A stretch of DNA of 64,000 nt from a virus. Its lineage: Duplodnaviria; Caudoviricetes. Of the stretch, positions 18,454-26,939 are shown piece by piece. A program made the translations under genes and the position numbers. Within the stretch, counting starts at the first letter, position 1; the number at the start of each line of letters is the position of its first letter. The stretch is from IMG/VR virus record IMGVR_UViG_3300021400_000062, positions 32,136-96,135 of that record. One strand, 5' to 3'. Under the pieces are notes generated by a model. The model was given only the letters and a program-made list of their open reading frames with translations, was not told where the DNA came from and did no database searches.

Positions 18454-20703
18454 CTACTCTTTTCCCCTATTAAGAATCCTTGTAAAGAATGGGTCAAAAG
18501 CAAGCTGGCTTGATGATGTTTCCTGACTATCTGTAACATCACCACCAGCAGCTATTCTAAATTGTTCTCTATATAGCATTAAAAGCCCAAAACTTCTCAC
18601 GCGGTCAAAATTCTCATAATTATTATACCTTATAAGCTCCATTATTAGCGCCCTGTTCCTTAATGAAAACAGTTTTTTTCTTGTTGTCTCAACTTCTTCA
18701 CCATTTTCATTTTTCTTTATAATAGTTTCTGGCTGTATGAGCCACTCTCTTGTAAGGTCATCAGCATAGTTGTTTACAGCTTTTGTTGCCCTAACACCCT
18801 TCATTGTATTACCAATTGTTCCAAGCTTAAGCAACTCTTTATCCTGAAGATATTCTGGTGTATCAGCAAGAAGATGTAAACAACCCAACTTGCTGAAGTA
18901 TGAGAATGTTCCTTTCAAGTTGTTCTCATATAAAAGTTTGCAGTTATAGAATATACATAACAGTCTTGATACTTCATAGTTTTGTTCTGCATATTCTTTT
19001 CTGCCAGTATATTCAGCAACAACATTATCAGTAAACAAATCCATTACAAATGTTGAATATAGTGATGTTGAATCTGTTGTTGCGTCTTGGTCGATTGGGT
19101 CCGAAGAACAAATATATCTACCAGCCGGCACTCTGCCATTACTATCTTTCTGTGGCATACAGAATATCTCAAGAGCACCTTTTGTCATATTGTTTTCTAT
19201 TGGGTATATCCTTATTGGCTGGTCTGCTGTTGCCCTAAACACAACCTCGCCATCACCGTTTTCTACAAGCTCTCCAACATAAACATCATCATACTCACTA
19301 CTGTTTACATCAAGCTCATTAAGTCTTTGATTGAGCTCATTTACAGGGAACTTGTTACCTTTTGATTTAAGCAGAGCTTCCTGTGGTGTAATTGGTCTTT
19401 CTGCTATACTTCTTGTAATTGTATTTAGGTCTGTTGTGTTATACTTTATCCTATATCTATCAAGAAGTATTTCAATAAGAGCCTTAGCCACATTAGAATT
19501 ACCATTTTCATCATAACAGCCCTTTCTATTTATGTATTCAGGAAAGAAGAATGTTATTTGTTTTCTACCCTCTCCGGGTTTGTCATATACATTTGGGAGC
19601 GCGTACATATAATAACCCTTTGGGTTGTATATTATCTCTGTTGCCTGATTAAAGTCTGACTGTTTCTCACCAGATGTACCTATCAGATATACTGTTCCGA
19701 AAGCATATTTACCCTCCCTTACAGATGGTAGCAATATATTATATATTTCCCTTATGTTACTAAAGCTTCCAAACTCCTCTCCTATAACAAAGTTTAGTCG
19801 CTTACCTCTTATCTTTCCAACATCATCCTTTACTGCAACACCGCTTGCTTCATTAAGGGTTCCCTCCCTTGCTCCTGTATCAAGATTTTTCCAGCCCATT
19901 ATCCAATTCATATCCTGAAGACTGTTTTTTAGTAATAGGTGTGGAAATTGTGTATGTGTTGCTATAAAGTCAAGCGATGCTTGAAACTTATTGAGTATGC
20001 CATCATTTGTAAGGTATTCTTTGCTATAAGCCATAGCCATAACCTTTACTGCCCTGTTGATTTCATCACTTTCACCAAGCGTGAAATATTTGGACATTAT
20101 AGCTGCCATACTCAGTGATTTGGTCTTGCCTCTGGCAGATATTTCAGCACCATTGAGACCACCCTCCCAGTTGAATAATCCACCATGTTGAGCCTGCTCT
20201 ATATAGTGATATCTCAGATAATTACCATCCCAAACCTCCGGGAAGTCAATCACCCTTTTTCCTTTATTGCTACCAACAACTGTCTTTGTTTGTGCTATTG
20301 GGAAGTAGTTGAGAAAATAATACATATTACCAGTCACCCACTCACCATCAGTTTCTCTTACATAACCTTCTCTACATCTTCTAACCTCTTCTATAATCCA
20401 TTTACCATATGCACTATTTGGATTGCCATTTGGTTTAAGGTCTGTAAGCCTACCTGTTTTCTGAAAGTGTATTGCAACTGGCCTAAAGTAATCCATATCC
20501 TCAAGTATATGAGGTTTAGTTACATCAACTATAATCCTGCCCTTGTCATCTCTCTGCAAATCACAAGCTCTTGGCCTGTCTGGTGATACCAACCACTTAA
20601 TAAAAGGAATAGAGAGGCACTCATAGAATTCCTCTCTAACCTCATCTGGTAAACTATCTAAATGTAATGCTTCTTCTGATGTCTGATATTTATTAAACTG
20701 CAT
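18454..20703 (-). CDS. terL: Terminase large subunit
   Basis: ARGKTKS Walker A, VIGEEFG Walker B, SSDPIDQD and NFDRV nuclease motifs; likely start 20703 (MQFNKYQT). Confidence 0.9.
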   Translation of the reverse strand: MQFNKYQTSEEALHLDSLPDEVREEFYECLSIPFIKWLVSPDRPRACDLQRDDKGRIIVDVTKPHILEDMDYFRPVAIHFQKTGRLTDLKPNGNPNSAYGKWIIEEVRRCREGYVRETDGEWVTGNMYYFLNYFPIAQTKTVVGSNKGKRVIDFPEVWDGNYLRYHYIEQAQHGGLFNWEGGLNGAEISARGKTKSLSMAAIMSKYFTLGESDEINRAVKVMAMAYSKEYLTNDGILNKFQASLDFIATHTQFPHLLLKNSLQDMNWIMGWKNLDTGAREGTLNEASGVAVKDDVGKIRGKRLNFVIGEEFGSFSNIREIYNILLPSVREGKYAFGTVYLIGTSGEKQSDFNQATEIIYNPKGYYMYALPNVYDKPGEGRKQITFFFPEYINRKGCYDENGNSNVAKALIEILLDRYRIKYNTTDLNTITRSIAERPITPQEALLKSKGNKFPVNELNQRLNELDVNSSEYDDVYVGELVENGDGEVVFRATADQPIRIYPIENNMTKGALEIFCMPQKDSNGRVPAGRYICSSDPIDQDATTDSTSLYSTFVMDLFTDNVVAEYTGRKEYAEQNYEVSRLLCIFYNCKLLYENNLKGTFSYFSKLGCLHLLADTPEYLQDKELLKLGTIGNTMKGVRATKAVNNYADDLTREWLIQPETIIKKNENGEEVETTRKKLFSLRNRALIMELIRYNNYENFDRVRSFGLLMLYREQFRIAAGGDVTDSQETSSSQLAFDPFFTRILNRGKE

Positions 20704-20956
20704 TTTTACCAACCTCCATAAAGTATGCAAACATACTATCAAATACCTTATCCCACATATTTTCAATATTCTTTCCCGTAACAGATATTGTATTGATTAG
20801 TTCTTTATTGTTGTTTGCATCTTTTCTATATATTTCAACTTCTATCTTATGATTACCAGCATATGTTTTGTACCTTGGTATTACCTCGCAAGTATATTCA
20901 GACCTTGCTTTGAGCCAATTGCTGAACAGCCTTTCAAGTTCAAATAAATCAAGCAT
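20693..20956 (-). CDS. Hypothetical protein
   Basis: 87 aa, tightly packed in operon. Confidence 0.6.
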   Translation of the reverse strand: MLDLFELERLFSNWLKARSEYTCEVIPRYKTYAGNHKIEVEIYRKDANNNKELINTISVTGKNIENMWDKVFDSMFAYFMEVGKNAV

Positions 20957-20958
20957 AA

Positions 20959-21510
20959 CTAAAATCCAGCCTCATAAGCATGAGCTTGCTCTTCACCACC
21001 CCTAATTCTACCTTGTTCTGTAATTTCCGCGTTGACAATCTTCTCTGTTTCTATAAGCTTCTTTGCAAGTTGTGGTATCTTATCAGTTGCTTGAACTATC
21101 TGTGAAACATTGTATACTTGCCTACCCTTATCATCAACTTCATACAGATTTACATTTTCAAGAAATTCACCAATCTTTGCAATAGACTTCCTCATACTAT
21201 CGAGAAGTTTCTGTGATGTAGTTGTTGTTACTCTTACATATGTATCTATTGCTTTTCGTATCTCTGGAGTTATTTTAAAGCTATAATCAAGTCCCTCTTG
21301 TTTTATAACCTCACTAAGCCTTTCATCCTCATCAAATATATCAGCATATGTACTTCTTGGGTCATAACAGAAGTATATTACAGACAAAATCTCCATAAAT
21401 TTTTCTTTATTTTTTGATTTGTCTGCATTAAACAGCTTTCTGAAATCTTTTAGCAAGAATATTTCATCAGCTGGCTGAACTTGATAATTTTCGTACTTTA
21501 TTAACTTCAT
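20959..21510 (-). CDS. Conserved crAss protein upstream of terL (possible small terminase)
   Basis: DKSKNKE..IYF..DPRS motif; position; function is inference. Confidence 0.5.
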   Translation of the reverse strand: MKLIKYENYQVQPADEIFLLKDFRKLFNADKSKNKEKFMEILSVIYFCYDPRSTYADIFDEDERLSEVIKQEGLDYSFKITPEIRKAIDTYVRVTTTTSQKLLDSMRKSIAKIGEFLENVNLYEVDDKGRQVYNVSQIVQATDKIPQLAKKLIETEKIVNAEITEQGRIRGGEEQAHAYEAGF

Positions 21511-21523
21511 AATAAGAGTATTA

Positions 21524-21543
21524 AGCCCACATTTCTGTGGGCT
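21524..21543 (-). terminator. GAAA-loop hairpin
   Basis: AGCCCACA-GAAA-TGTGGGCT; weak U tract. Confidence 0.45.
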
Positions 21544-21548
21544 ATTTA

Positions 21549-21929
21549 CTATTTTTCATCATCATATGAAACCTTATCAATAATAAGGTCTATATCTCTA
21601 TCATAAAGGAATAGGCATTGCTTACCATTAATCTCAATCTTTGGCCAAGAAACAACCATATTAACCTCATCCTTGCTTTTCTCAAGAACGGAACCTTCCC
21701 TTAAAGAATGTTCAGGCCTTGAATAGTTCATTGGGTTAATGAGTACCATATCACCAACATTCAGACCATCGAAACAGTTTGGCCCAACTGCAACTATTCT
21801 CTGAATATCTTTTATTATGCCCTCTTCTTTTGATGTATCTATAATACCATCCTTAATAACATCAGACTCATACTCATCTGCTGTTGTCAATATGTGATTT
21901 AGCATTGGTCTTGCTTCTACTATTCGCAT
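21549..21929 (-). CDS. GroES-like co-chaperonin
   Basis: RPMLNHIL, DGII, RIVAVGP, LNVGDMVL, LFLYDRDID match the Cpn10 pattern. Confidence 0.7.
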   Translation of the reverse strand: MRIVEARPMLNHILTTADEYESDVIKDGIIDTSKEEGIIKDIQRIVAVGPNCFDGLNVGDMVLINPMNYSRPEHSLREGSVLEKSKDEVNMVVSWPKIEINGKQCLFLYDRDIDLIIDKVSYDDEK

Positions 21930-22176
21930 ATTCTTTTAAATTTTTCTTGTTATATAATATAGCCCTATTTACATTTCTTATGTAGAATTTTCCTATTCTT
22001 GATATATGTACATCAGGCTTTAATTCTTTTATTTGTTCCTCGCTTAAACCTTGGTCAAACGGAAGTGATTCTATATATTTTCTGCAATAATTCCAATAAT
22101 GTTCATATGCAAATCTTACATCACTTTCTGTTAAACCAAGCTTTTCTGCAATCATATTATATGTTCTTTTGTTCAT
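21874..22176 (-). CDS. Second HU/IHF-like protein
   Basis: IAEKLGLTESDV helix motif; VHISRIGKFY beta arm. Confidence 0.65.
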   Translation of the reverse strand: MNKRTYNMIAEKLGLTESDVRFAYEHYWNYCRKYIESLPFDQGLSEEQIKELKPDVHISRIGKFYIRNVNRAILYNKKNLKEYANSRSKTNAKSHIDNSR

Positions 22177-22561
22177 CTTTTATCTTGAACATCAATAACA
22201 TATTAAACGATTCCGGATTATCAATATGTGGTATAAATCTTGGATTAATCATACCATCTTTGAAGAATCCACCTTTCTTAAGCTTGTTTATAGTAACCCT
22301 GTAGGTAGATAATGTAACATCACAATCTTTCATAATCTGCTCCCTTACATCTTTGCCCATGAGTTCCTTTGTGAGAAATATTTCATCAAGGATTTTTGCA
22401 CTCAATTCCTGTCTATGTCTAAGGAGCTCTGAAGCAATAAGTATAACCTGCGGAGTAAATCTATGAACCGGTATAAGAAAGGATAGCCATAACCTGTAAA
22501 ATGTTTTATTTGTACAGGGTACCTCAAGCCTTTTGTTTACCTCATAATTATTTACTTGCAT
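22157..22561 (-). CDS. Winged-helix DNA-binding protein (RepL-like)
   Basis: REQIMKDCDVTLSTYRVTINKLKKGGFF..INPRFIP. Confidence 0.55.
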   Translation of the reverse strand: MQVNNYEVNKRLEVPCTNKTFYRLWLSFLIPVHRFTPQVILIASELLRHRQELSAKILDEIFLTKELMGKDVREQIMKDCDVTLSTYRVTINKLKKGGFFKDGMINPRFIPHIDNPESFNMLLMFKIKDEQKNI

Positions 22562-22823
22562 TTTCTTCACTTATTGTAAGTGCTTCTTCAATTTCCTTTG
22601 CACATCTCTCAACAAACTCATCACTGAACTGAACACTATTCTCTACAACCCTGAACAACATAGCCATTCTCTTTTCAGAGAGAGCTTCATTCATCTGTCT
22701 TGCCTGCTGGAGAAGATTGTTATATGCTATCTCCCTGCTCTTGTTTTCGGTAACAAGCTTTTCATATTCAGCAAATGAGATAGTAATTGTTTTTTCTTCC
22801 TGCTTTGTTTTATTCTCTTCCAT
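22548..22823 (-). CDS. Coiled-coil hypothetical protein
   Basis: 91 aa; FSDEFVERCAKEIEEAL. Confidence 0.6.
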   Translation of the reverse strand: MEENKTKQEEKTITISFAEYEKLVTENKSREIAYNNLLQQARQMNEALSEKRMAMLFRVVENSVQFSDEFVERCAKEIEEALTISEENASK

Positions 22824-22844
22824 ATTTAAACTGTTTTATATTAA

Positions 22845-23057
22845 TTATTTATAGAATTTCTTCTTACCATATTTTGCTTGGTGCAGTTCATCATATTTCT
22901 CTATACTTGCATGTGCTATTGATGTTGAACCACAATCAAGACAACAATATCCTATGCCAACATCTTTGATTGCAAGAGACAAACAGTGTGCACAGAAGTA
23001 CACCGGTTCCTCATTATATTCCTCACTACCAATTGGTATGCTTTTATCAATATCCAT
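22845..23057 (-). CDS. Zinc-ribbon protein
   Basis: YNEEPVYFCAHCLSL..CLDCGST; likely start MDIDKS. Confidence 0.7.
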   Translation of the reverse strand: MDIDKSIPIGSEEYNEEPVYFCAHCLSLAIKDVGIGYCCLDCGSTSIAHASIEKYDELHQAKYGKKKFYK

Positions 23058-23058
23058 A

Positions 23059-23205
23059 TTATTCTGTATACACAAGAATATATTGCTCGTTATACAATAA
23101 AGAAACTATATTGCTTTTCTTTATACCATATTCATTCATAAGGTTTACAAGCTCTCTTACATTGCTTGCAACCATCCATTTATACCTACTTTTATTCTCT
23201 TCCAT
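23059..23205 (-). CDS. Small hypothetical protein (48 aa)
   Basis: MEENKSRYKWMVASNVRELVNLMNEYGIKKSNIVSLLYNEQYILVYTE; stop 1 nt before next ATG. Confidence 0.65.
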   Translation of the reverse strand: MEENKSRYKWMVASNVRELVNLMNEYGIKKSNIVSLLYNEQYILVYTE

Positions 23206-23221
23206 ATTATTAAAATATTTG

Positions 23222-23294
23222 AGCCACCAATCTGAATCGAACAGACAACCTTTGGGTTACAAAACCAACGCTCTACCTATTGAGCTATAGTGGC
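23222..23294 (-). tRNA. tRNA-Thr(TGT)
   Basis: Cloverleaf GCCACTA..TGGTGGC, anticodon loop TT-TGT-AA, TTCGATT T-loop. Confidence 0.9.
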
Positions 23295-23300
23295 TTATTG

Positions 23301-23374
23301 TCGGGATACTCTGACTCGAACAGAGGACCACTGCATCCCAAATGCAGCATTCTAACCAACTGAACTACATCCCG
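23301..23374 (-). tRNA. tRNA-Pro(TGG)
   Basis: CGGGATG..TATCCCG-A; CTGCA-TTTGGGA-TGCAG. Confidence 0.92.
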
Positions 23375-23382
23375 AACTAATA

Positions 23383-23562
23383 CTATTTTTCTTTAAAGTT
23401 AAGTTTATCCCAAGACTTTTTAAACGTAGGGAATGCCATAATTGCAAGAGCTATTGTACTAATCGCAAATAGTGGCTGATGAAAATAGAATAGATATGCA
23501 GTACTGCCTATGCTACACAGAACATATAGACATACAATAATAAAACTTAATAATTCTTTCAT
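23383..23562 (-). CDS. Small two-TM membrane protein (59 aa)
   Basis: MKELLSFIIVCLYVLCSIGSTAYLFYFHQPLFAISTIALAIMAFPTFKKSWDKLNFKEK. Confidence 0.6.
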   Translation of the reverse strand: MKELLSFIIVCLYVLCSIGSTAYLFYFHQPLFAISTIALAIMAFPTFKKSWDKLNFKEK

Positions 23563-23563
23563 A

Positions 23564-23746
23564 TTATTTTCTTTTTCTGGTTACGGCCTTCATGTTCCTA
23601 AGACTTTTTTCAAGGTCTTTTTCTTTCTTTGCAGCAGCCTTCATAGCTCTATTTCTTCTCTGGGCATCATTCATAATTTCTTGATACCGGGCCATTGTGT
23701 CAGCATCATAGTCTGCTTGCCACGGGTCTATTTTTACTTTTGGCAT
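23564..23746 (-). CDS. Small basic helical protein
   Basis: Likely start MPKVKIDPWQADYDADTMARYQEI. Confidence 0.6.
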   Translation of the reverse strand: MPKVKIDPWQADYDADTMARYQEIMNDAQRRNRAMKAAAKKEKDLEKSLRNMKAVTRKRK

Positions 23747-24006
23747 AATATAAGATAAATTATTAAAATTTGTAATGCTTGTCCAACTAATCCACCAAGA
23801 AAAGTACATAACCAATCAAGCCAATCCCAATTTTTGAAACTCCATTTATATATTGGCTTATTAGCATTATCTTGGTCATAATGACAATCCTTTACTTCCA
23901 TACCAGTACCACAACCGGCTGCAAAGAATATGGTTAATAGCAATCCCTCTGGAATTGCAAGCACAAAGTGTTTCCACCTATTAGATTCTATAAACCATTT
24001 ACACAT
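23734..24006 (-). CDS. Membrane protein (SNRWKH..WDWLDW family)
   Basis: Hydrophobic segments; GMEVKD and DWLDW..T..GG motifs. Confidence 0.6.
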   Translation of the reverse strand: MCKWFIESNRWKHFVLAIPEGLLLTIFFAAGCGTGMEVKDCHYDQDNANKPIYKWSFKNWDWLDWLCTFLGGLVGQALQILIIYLILCQK

Positions 24007-24302
24007 TATGCAATTGTCCAGCTTTCGTCAAAAATATCTTCCCAAGTTGGTATATAGCTAGTTGCTTTATATCTTTCAAGCTCACTATCCCAAGTGCAGA
24101 TTAAAACTTGGTCGTGATATGATATACCACCATATTTACACACATCTTTTGCAGATTCTGGCAAACTTGTCATCTTTGGTATTATTTCGCAAGATATTGT
24201 TTGTGGTATTTGTTTAACAATAAATTGCCTATTAGTAGACATCCTTGAATTTACCAGTCTTTCGCCAGACCTTAGCGCTTCTAAAACTTGTTCAAATTTC
24301 AT
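24006..24302 (-). CDS. DUF2829 / Tad2-like anti-defence sponge
   Basis: MKFEQVLEALRSG, FIVKQIP, IIPKMTSLPESAKD, SYIPTWEDIFDESW; the track start 24350 lies inside tRNA-Asn. Confidence 0.7.
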   Translation of the reverse strand: MKFEQVLEALRSGERLVNSRMSTNRQFIVKQIPQTISCEIIPKMTSLPESAKDVCKYGGISYHDQVLICTWDSELERYKATSYIPTWEDIFDESWTIA

Positions 24303-24326
24303 ATGTAAACATTTTAGTTTTTTTTG

Positions 24327-24399
24327 CTCCTCATCTTGGGCTCGAACCAAGGACTTTCTGGTTAACAGCCAGACGCTCTACCTACTGAGCTAATGAGAA
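24327..24399 (-). tRNA. tRNA-Asn(GTT)
   Basis: TTCTCAT..ATGAGGA-G; TCTGG-CTGTTAA-CCAGA. Confidence 0.92.
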
Positions 24400-24401
24400 G
24401 T

Positions 24402-24483
24402 TTTCAGCATTTCTGCTTACACAGCACTAACTAAACAACCAAAACTTAAACCCAACTGAAGCAACGCATCACTGCGGTACTTC
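24402..24483 (-). ncRNA. Candidate sRNA in tRNA-Asn leader
   Basis: Promoter TACATTTG 24486-24493 with TTTG 19 nt upstream; GTGA-tetraloop hairpin 24458-24483; GU-rich tract. Confidence 0.5.
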
Positions 24484-24524
24484 TGCAAATGTATACAAAA
24501 AGTTTAACAACACAAAACTTTTTA

Positions 24525-24872
24525 TTAATTTTCTTTATTATTTCTCTTTATTCTCCACATAGCATATTGTTTCCTATACTCAAGATACCTGTTTCTCCAT
24601 TGGTTGTTGTAAGCCTCAACCTCAAAAGATATGCCCATGTAAGCTGTTTTTGTGTGGAATATTAACCTGTAAACCCACTCAAAAAAGTAAATAATATAGA
24701 ATACAATATATCCAAGTTCTTTCATCTGAGCGGTATGGATTTCTTCGTGCTGGATGGTAGAACTTCTTAATGGCTCGTACTCTTTTCTTGCAAATACAAC
24801 CCCAAATAGATTGATTGCACAAAACCCTTTAAATGGTAGAATGTTGTTGTAGATTACTTTCATTGTTCCCAA
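24525..24872 (-). CDS. HExxH metallopeptidase-like protein
   Basis: IQHEEIHTAQ..ISFEVEAY. Confidence 0.65.
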   Translation of the reverse strand: MGTMKVIYNNILPFKGFCAINLFGVVFARKEYEPLRSSTIQHEEIHTAQMKELGYIVFYIIYFFEWVYRLIFHTKTAYMGISFEVEAYNNQWRNRYLEYRKQYAMWRIKRNNKEN

Positions 24873-25819
24873 GATTTTAATATATTACTCCAAGATTCAA
24901 TTTGATATGGTATTCTTTCTTTTTGAGTATTATAGTAGTAATCAGACATTACTCTCCTTCTATTAAGATTTGGTTTTCCCGGTCTTAAGAAGTTGTTTGT
25001 AATAATATCTGATGCCATTCTTGTTGTTTTTGCATTTAGAAAAGCATTTCTTGCATGCCTTGCTCCATTAAAACCAGACTCTCCCCACTCTCCGGGAGTG
25101 TAGTTTTGTATACCTTTATTTATAATATAATCCAGTTGCTGTTGTTCTTCTGGAGATAAACCAGAGCCAAAAGAATATGGAGTTCTATTATATGCAAGCA
25201 TGGCTTTCTTTCTTGCTCCTTCTGCTTGCATAAGTCCATAAGCTGGTCCATTTACTTGTTTCATATCAGCGTTAAGGTAACTCTCTACTGCAAGATTGCC
25301 AAGTAATCCAGAAGCCTGTTCATTGGTTAATCCACTCTCTCTCAAGTAATCATACATTGGATTAACTTGTTCTGCATTGTATTTTTGGTGATTTATAGTG
25401 TTTTTATCTCCACCTTCATCAAACCTATTAAAGAATTCTGGATAATCTTTCTTGTAATTCTCTGTATAATATTTAGCAAATGGAATAGATGTTCTAACAG
25501 TATCACCCCTCTCTATTGCACTATCTATTGTACCATATTCAAGATTTCCGTTATTATCTTGAATTTCTGGATATATTACAGCACTATTTCCTTCTGTAAA
25601 ATATCCTAATCTATGTGTAGATTTTGAGCCATCCTCATTCTGTATATATCTTGTATCATTGCTCCTTAACCTCTCAACAAAGTTTGCATCGTTGTCTCTG
25701 AAGTTTTCAAGGTCTTTATCAAACCGATTTTTTATTTCTCCAAGATTATATATACCATTAGAGACAGACTGCCTTATTATAGCAGCCTTATCTCTAATGG
25801 ATAAGTCTTTCCAGCCCAT
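24860..25819 (-). CDS. Virion-associated lysozyme (phage tail lysozyme-like C-domain)
   Basis: ASGLLGNLAVES, AYGLMQ, QQLDYI, FLRPG; FDEGG linker. Confidence 0.75.
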   Translation of the reverse strand: MGWKDLSIRDKAAIIRQSVSNGIYNLGEIKNRFDKDLENFRDNDANFVERLRSNDTRYIQNEDGSKSTHRLGYFTEGNSAVIYPEIQDNNGNLEYGTIDSAIERGDTVRTSIPFAKYYTENYKKDYPEFFNRFDEGGDKNTINHQKYNAEQVNPMYDYLRESGLTNEQASGLLGNLAVESYLNADMKQVNGPAYGLMQAEGARKKAMLAYNRTPYSFGSGLSPEEQQQLDYIINKGIQNYTPGEWGESGFNGARHARNAFLNAKTTRMASDIITNNFLRPGKPNLNRRRVMSDYYYNTQKERIPYQIESWSNILKSWEQ

Positions 25820-25820
25820 A

Positions 25821-25988
25821 TTAATTACTCAAATCATTAAGTATAACCTGCTTTATTGCGCTTATTGTTTCCAAATCTATATTATCATCACATCCAAGCT
25901 TGCCAATAGTTTGAATTACATAGTCTTCATAACTACTGTGCATACCCATATCTTTCAATATCTTCTGTATAGCTTTCTGTTTTGTCAT
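25821..25988 (-). CDS. Small hypothetical protein (55 aa)
   Basis: MTKQKAIQKILKDMGMHSSYEDY.. fills the gap between neighbours. Confidence 0.6.
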   Translation of the reverse strand: MTKQKAIQKILKDMGMHSSYEDYVIQTIGKLGCDDNIDLETISAIKQVILNDLSN

Positions 25989-25990
25989 GG

Positions 25991-26458
25991 CTACTTTATT
26001 TCTATTGTTATCTTTTCACCTCTCTTGTGTGCATCGTAAAGCTTTTTATAAAGCTGCTTGAATACTTCTTTTGATTGTAAAAGCTTACCTTTTTGTAGGT
26101 TTCTACCCACAAGTACACACCCATATGAATCGAGTGCCGTGTTTCCGGGGTGTATAAGTATGCCATCAAACCCCGGAACAAACTTAAGCCTTGGCATTCT
26201 TCCACCATTACAGTTTTGCTTATACCAAGATATTGATGCATACTTTGGTGATACTGTCTCCATATCTATCTCATATACACCAGATGGTATTGCTGTTTCT
26301 CCAGTAACTTTTATTGTAGCTATTCTTGCAAGACTATCAGTTTGTTTCAAACCTCTATCTTTATCTTCAAGAGATTCATAGAATCTAACACCATTTACAA
26401 ACAATCTTGATATGGTATATGTTTGCTTTTTCCAAGCTCTATCTATCAGTAGTTTCAT
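25991..26458 (-). CDS. DUF5675 protein (putative peptidoglycan peptidase / endolysin)
   Basis: TAIPSGVY, VPGFDGILIHPGNT..DSYGCVLVG His/Cys motif. Confidence 0.8.
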   Translation of the reverse strand: MKLLIDRAWKKQTYTISRLFVNGVRFYESLEDKDRGLKQTDSLARIATIKVTGETAIPSGVYEIDMETVSPKYASISWYKQNCNGGRMPRLKFVPGFDGILIHPGNTALDSYGCVLVGRNLQKGKLLQSKEVFKQLYKKLYDAHKRGEKITIEIK

Positions 26459-26466
26459 ATTAATTC

Positions 26467-26925
26467 TTATTCTTCTGGTTCATCCCAAAGAACGCCTTCA
26501 AGCAACTCCTCTATATAGGCATTGATTCTCGAAGCTTTGTTCTCTGTAATTAATGTATGCCAAGCATCAAAGGAAATAGGCTTGATGGTAGGTAATGTTA
26601 CCTCATCATCGTAGAGGGCCTTTACAAGCTCCGTAAACTTGTTGAACTTGTTGTTAAGTTCTGCGAGTTCTGATTTCTGTTCCTCGGTGGGTTCTGTGAT
26701 ATCAGATAATTCTTTCCTGCGCTTTTCAAAGGCTGGACCATCTTCTATTCCTGCTTCCACAAGTGCTTCCCTACGGCTATCTTCCAGAGCAATCATAGCA
26801 GCCCTTACAGCCTTACGAAACTTGAATACCACATAAGCATCAGCAGAGCTGAGCGTGTTGGTTGTGAGTGCAAGCACTCCTGCGTTTACGAGGTTTTCAA
26901 TTTCAAAATTCTTAAGATTCTTCAT
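26467..26925 (-). CDS. Putative tail-fibre chaperone
   Basis: Acidic helical 152 aa at the end of the fibre cluster. Confidence 0.45.
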   Translation of the reverse strand: MKNLKNFEIENLVNAGVLALTTNTLSSADAYVVFKFRKAVRAAMIALEDSRREALVEAGIEDGPAFEKRRKELSDITEPTEEQKSELAELNNKFNKFTELVKALYDDEVTLPTIKPISFDAWHTLITENKASRINAYIEELLEGVLWDEPEE

Positions 26926-26939
26926 TATGATTTTTTATT

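Noticed and set aside
15883-20703. Introns or inteins in portal and terminase
   Set aside because: Both are single ORFs of ordinary length with no intein or homing-endonuclease motifs
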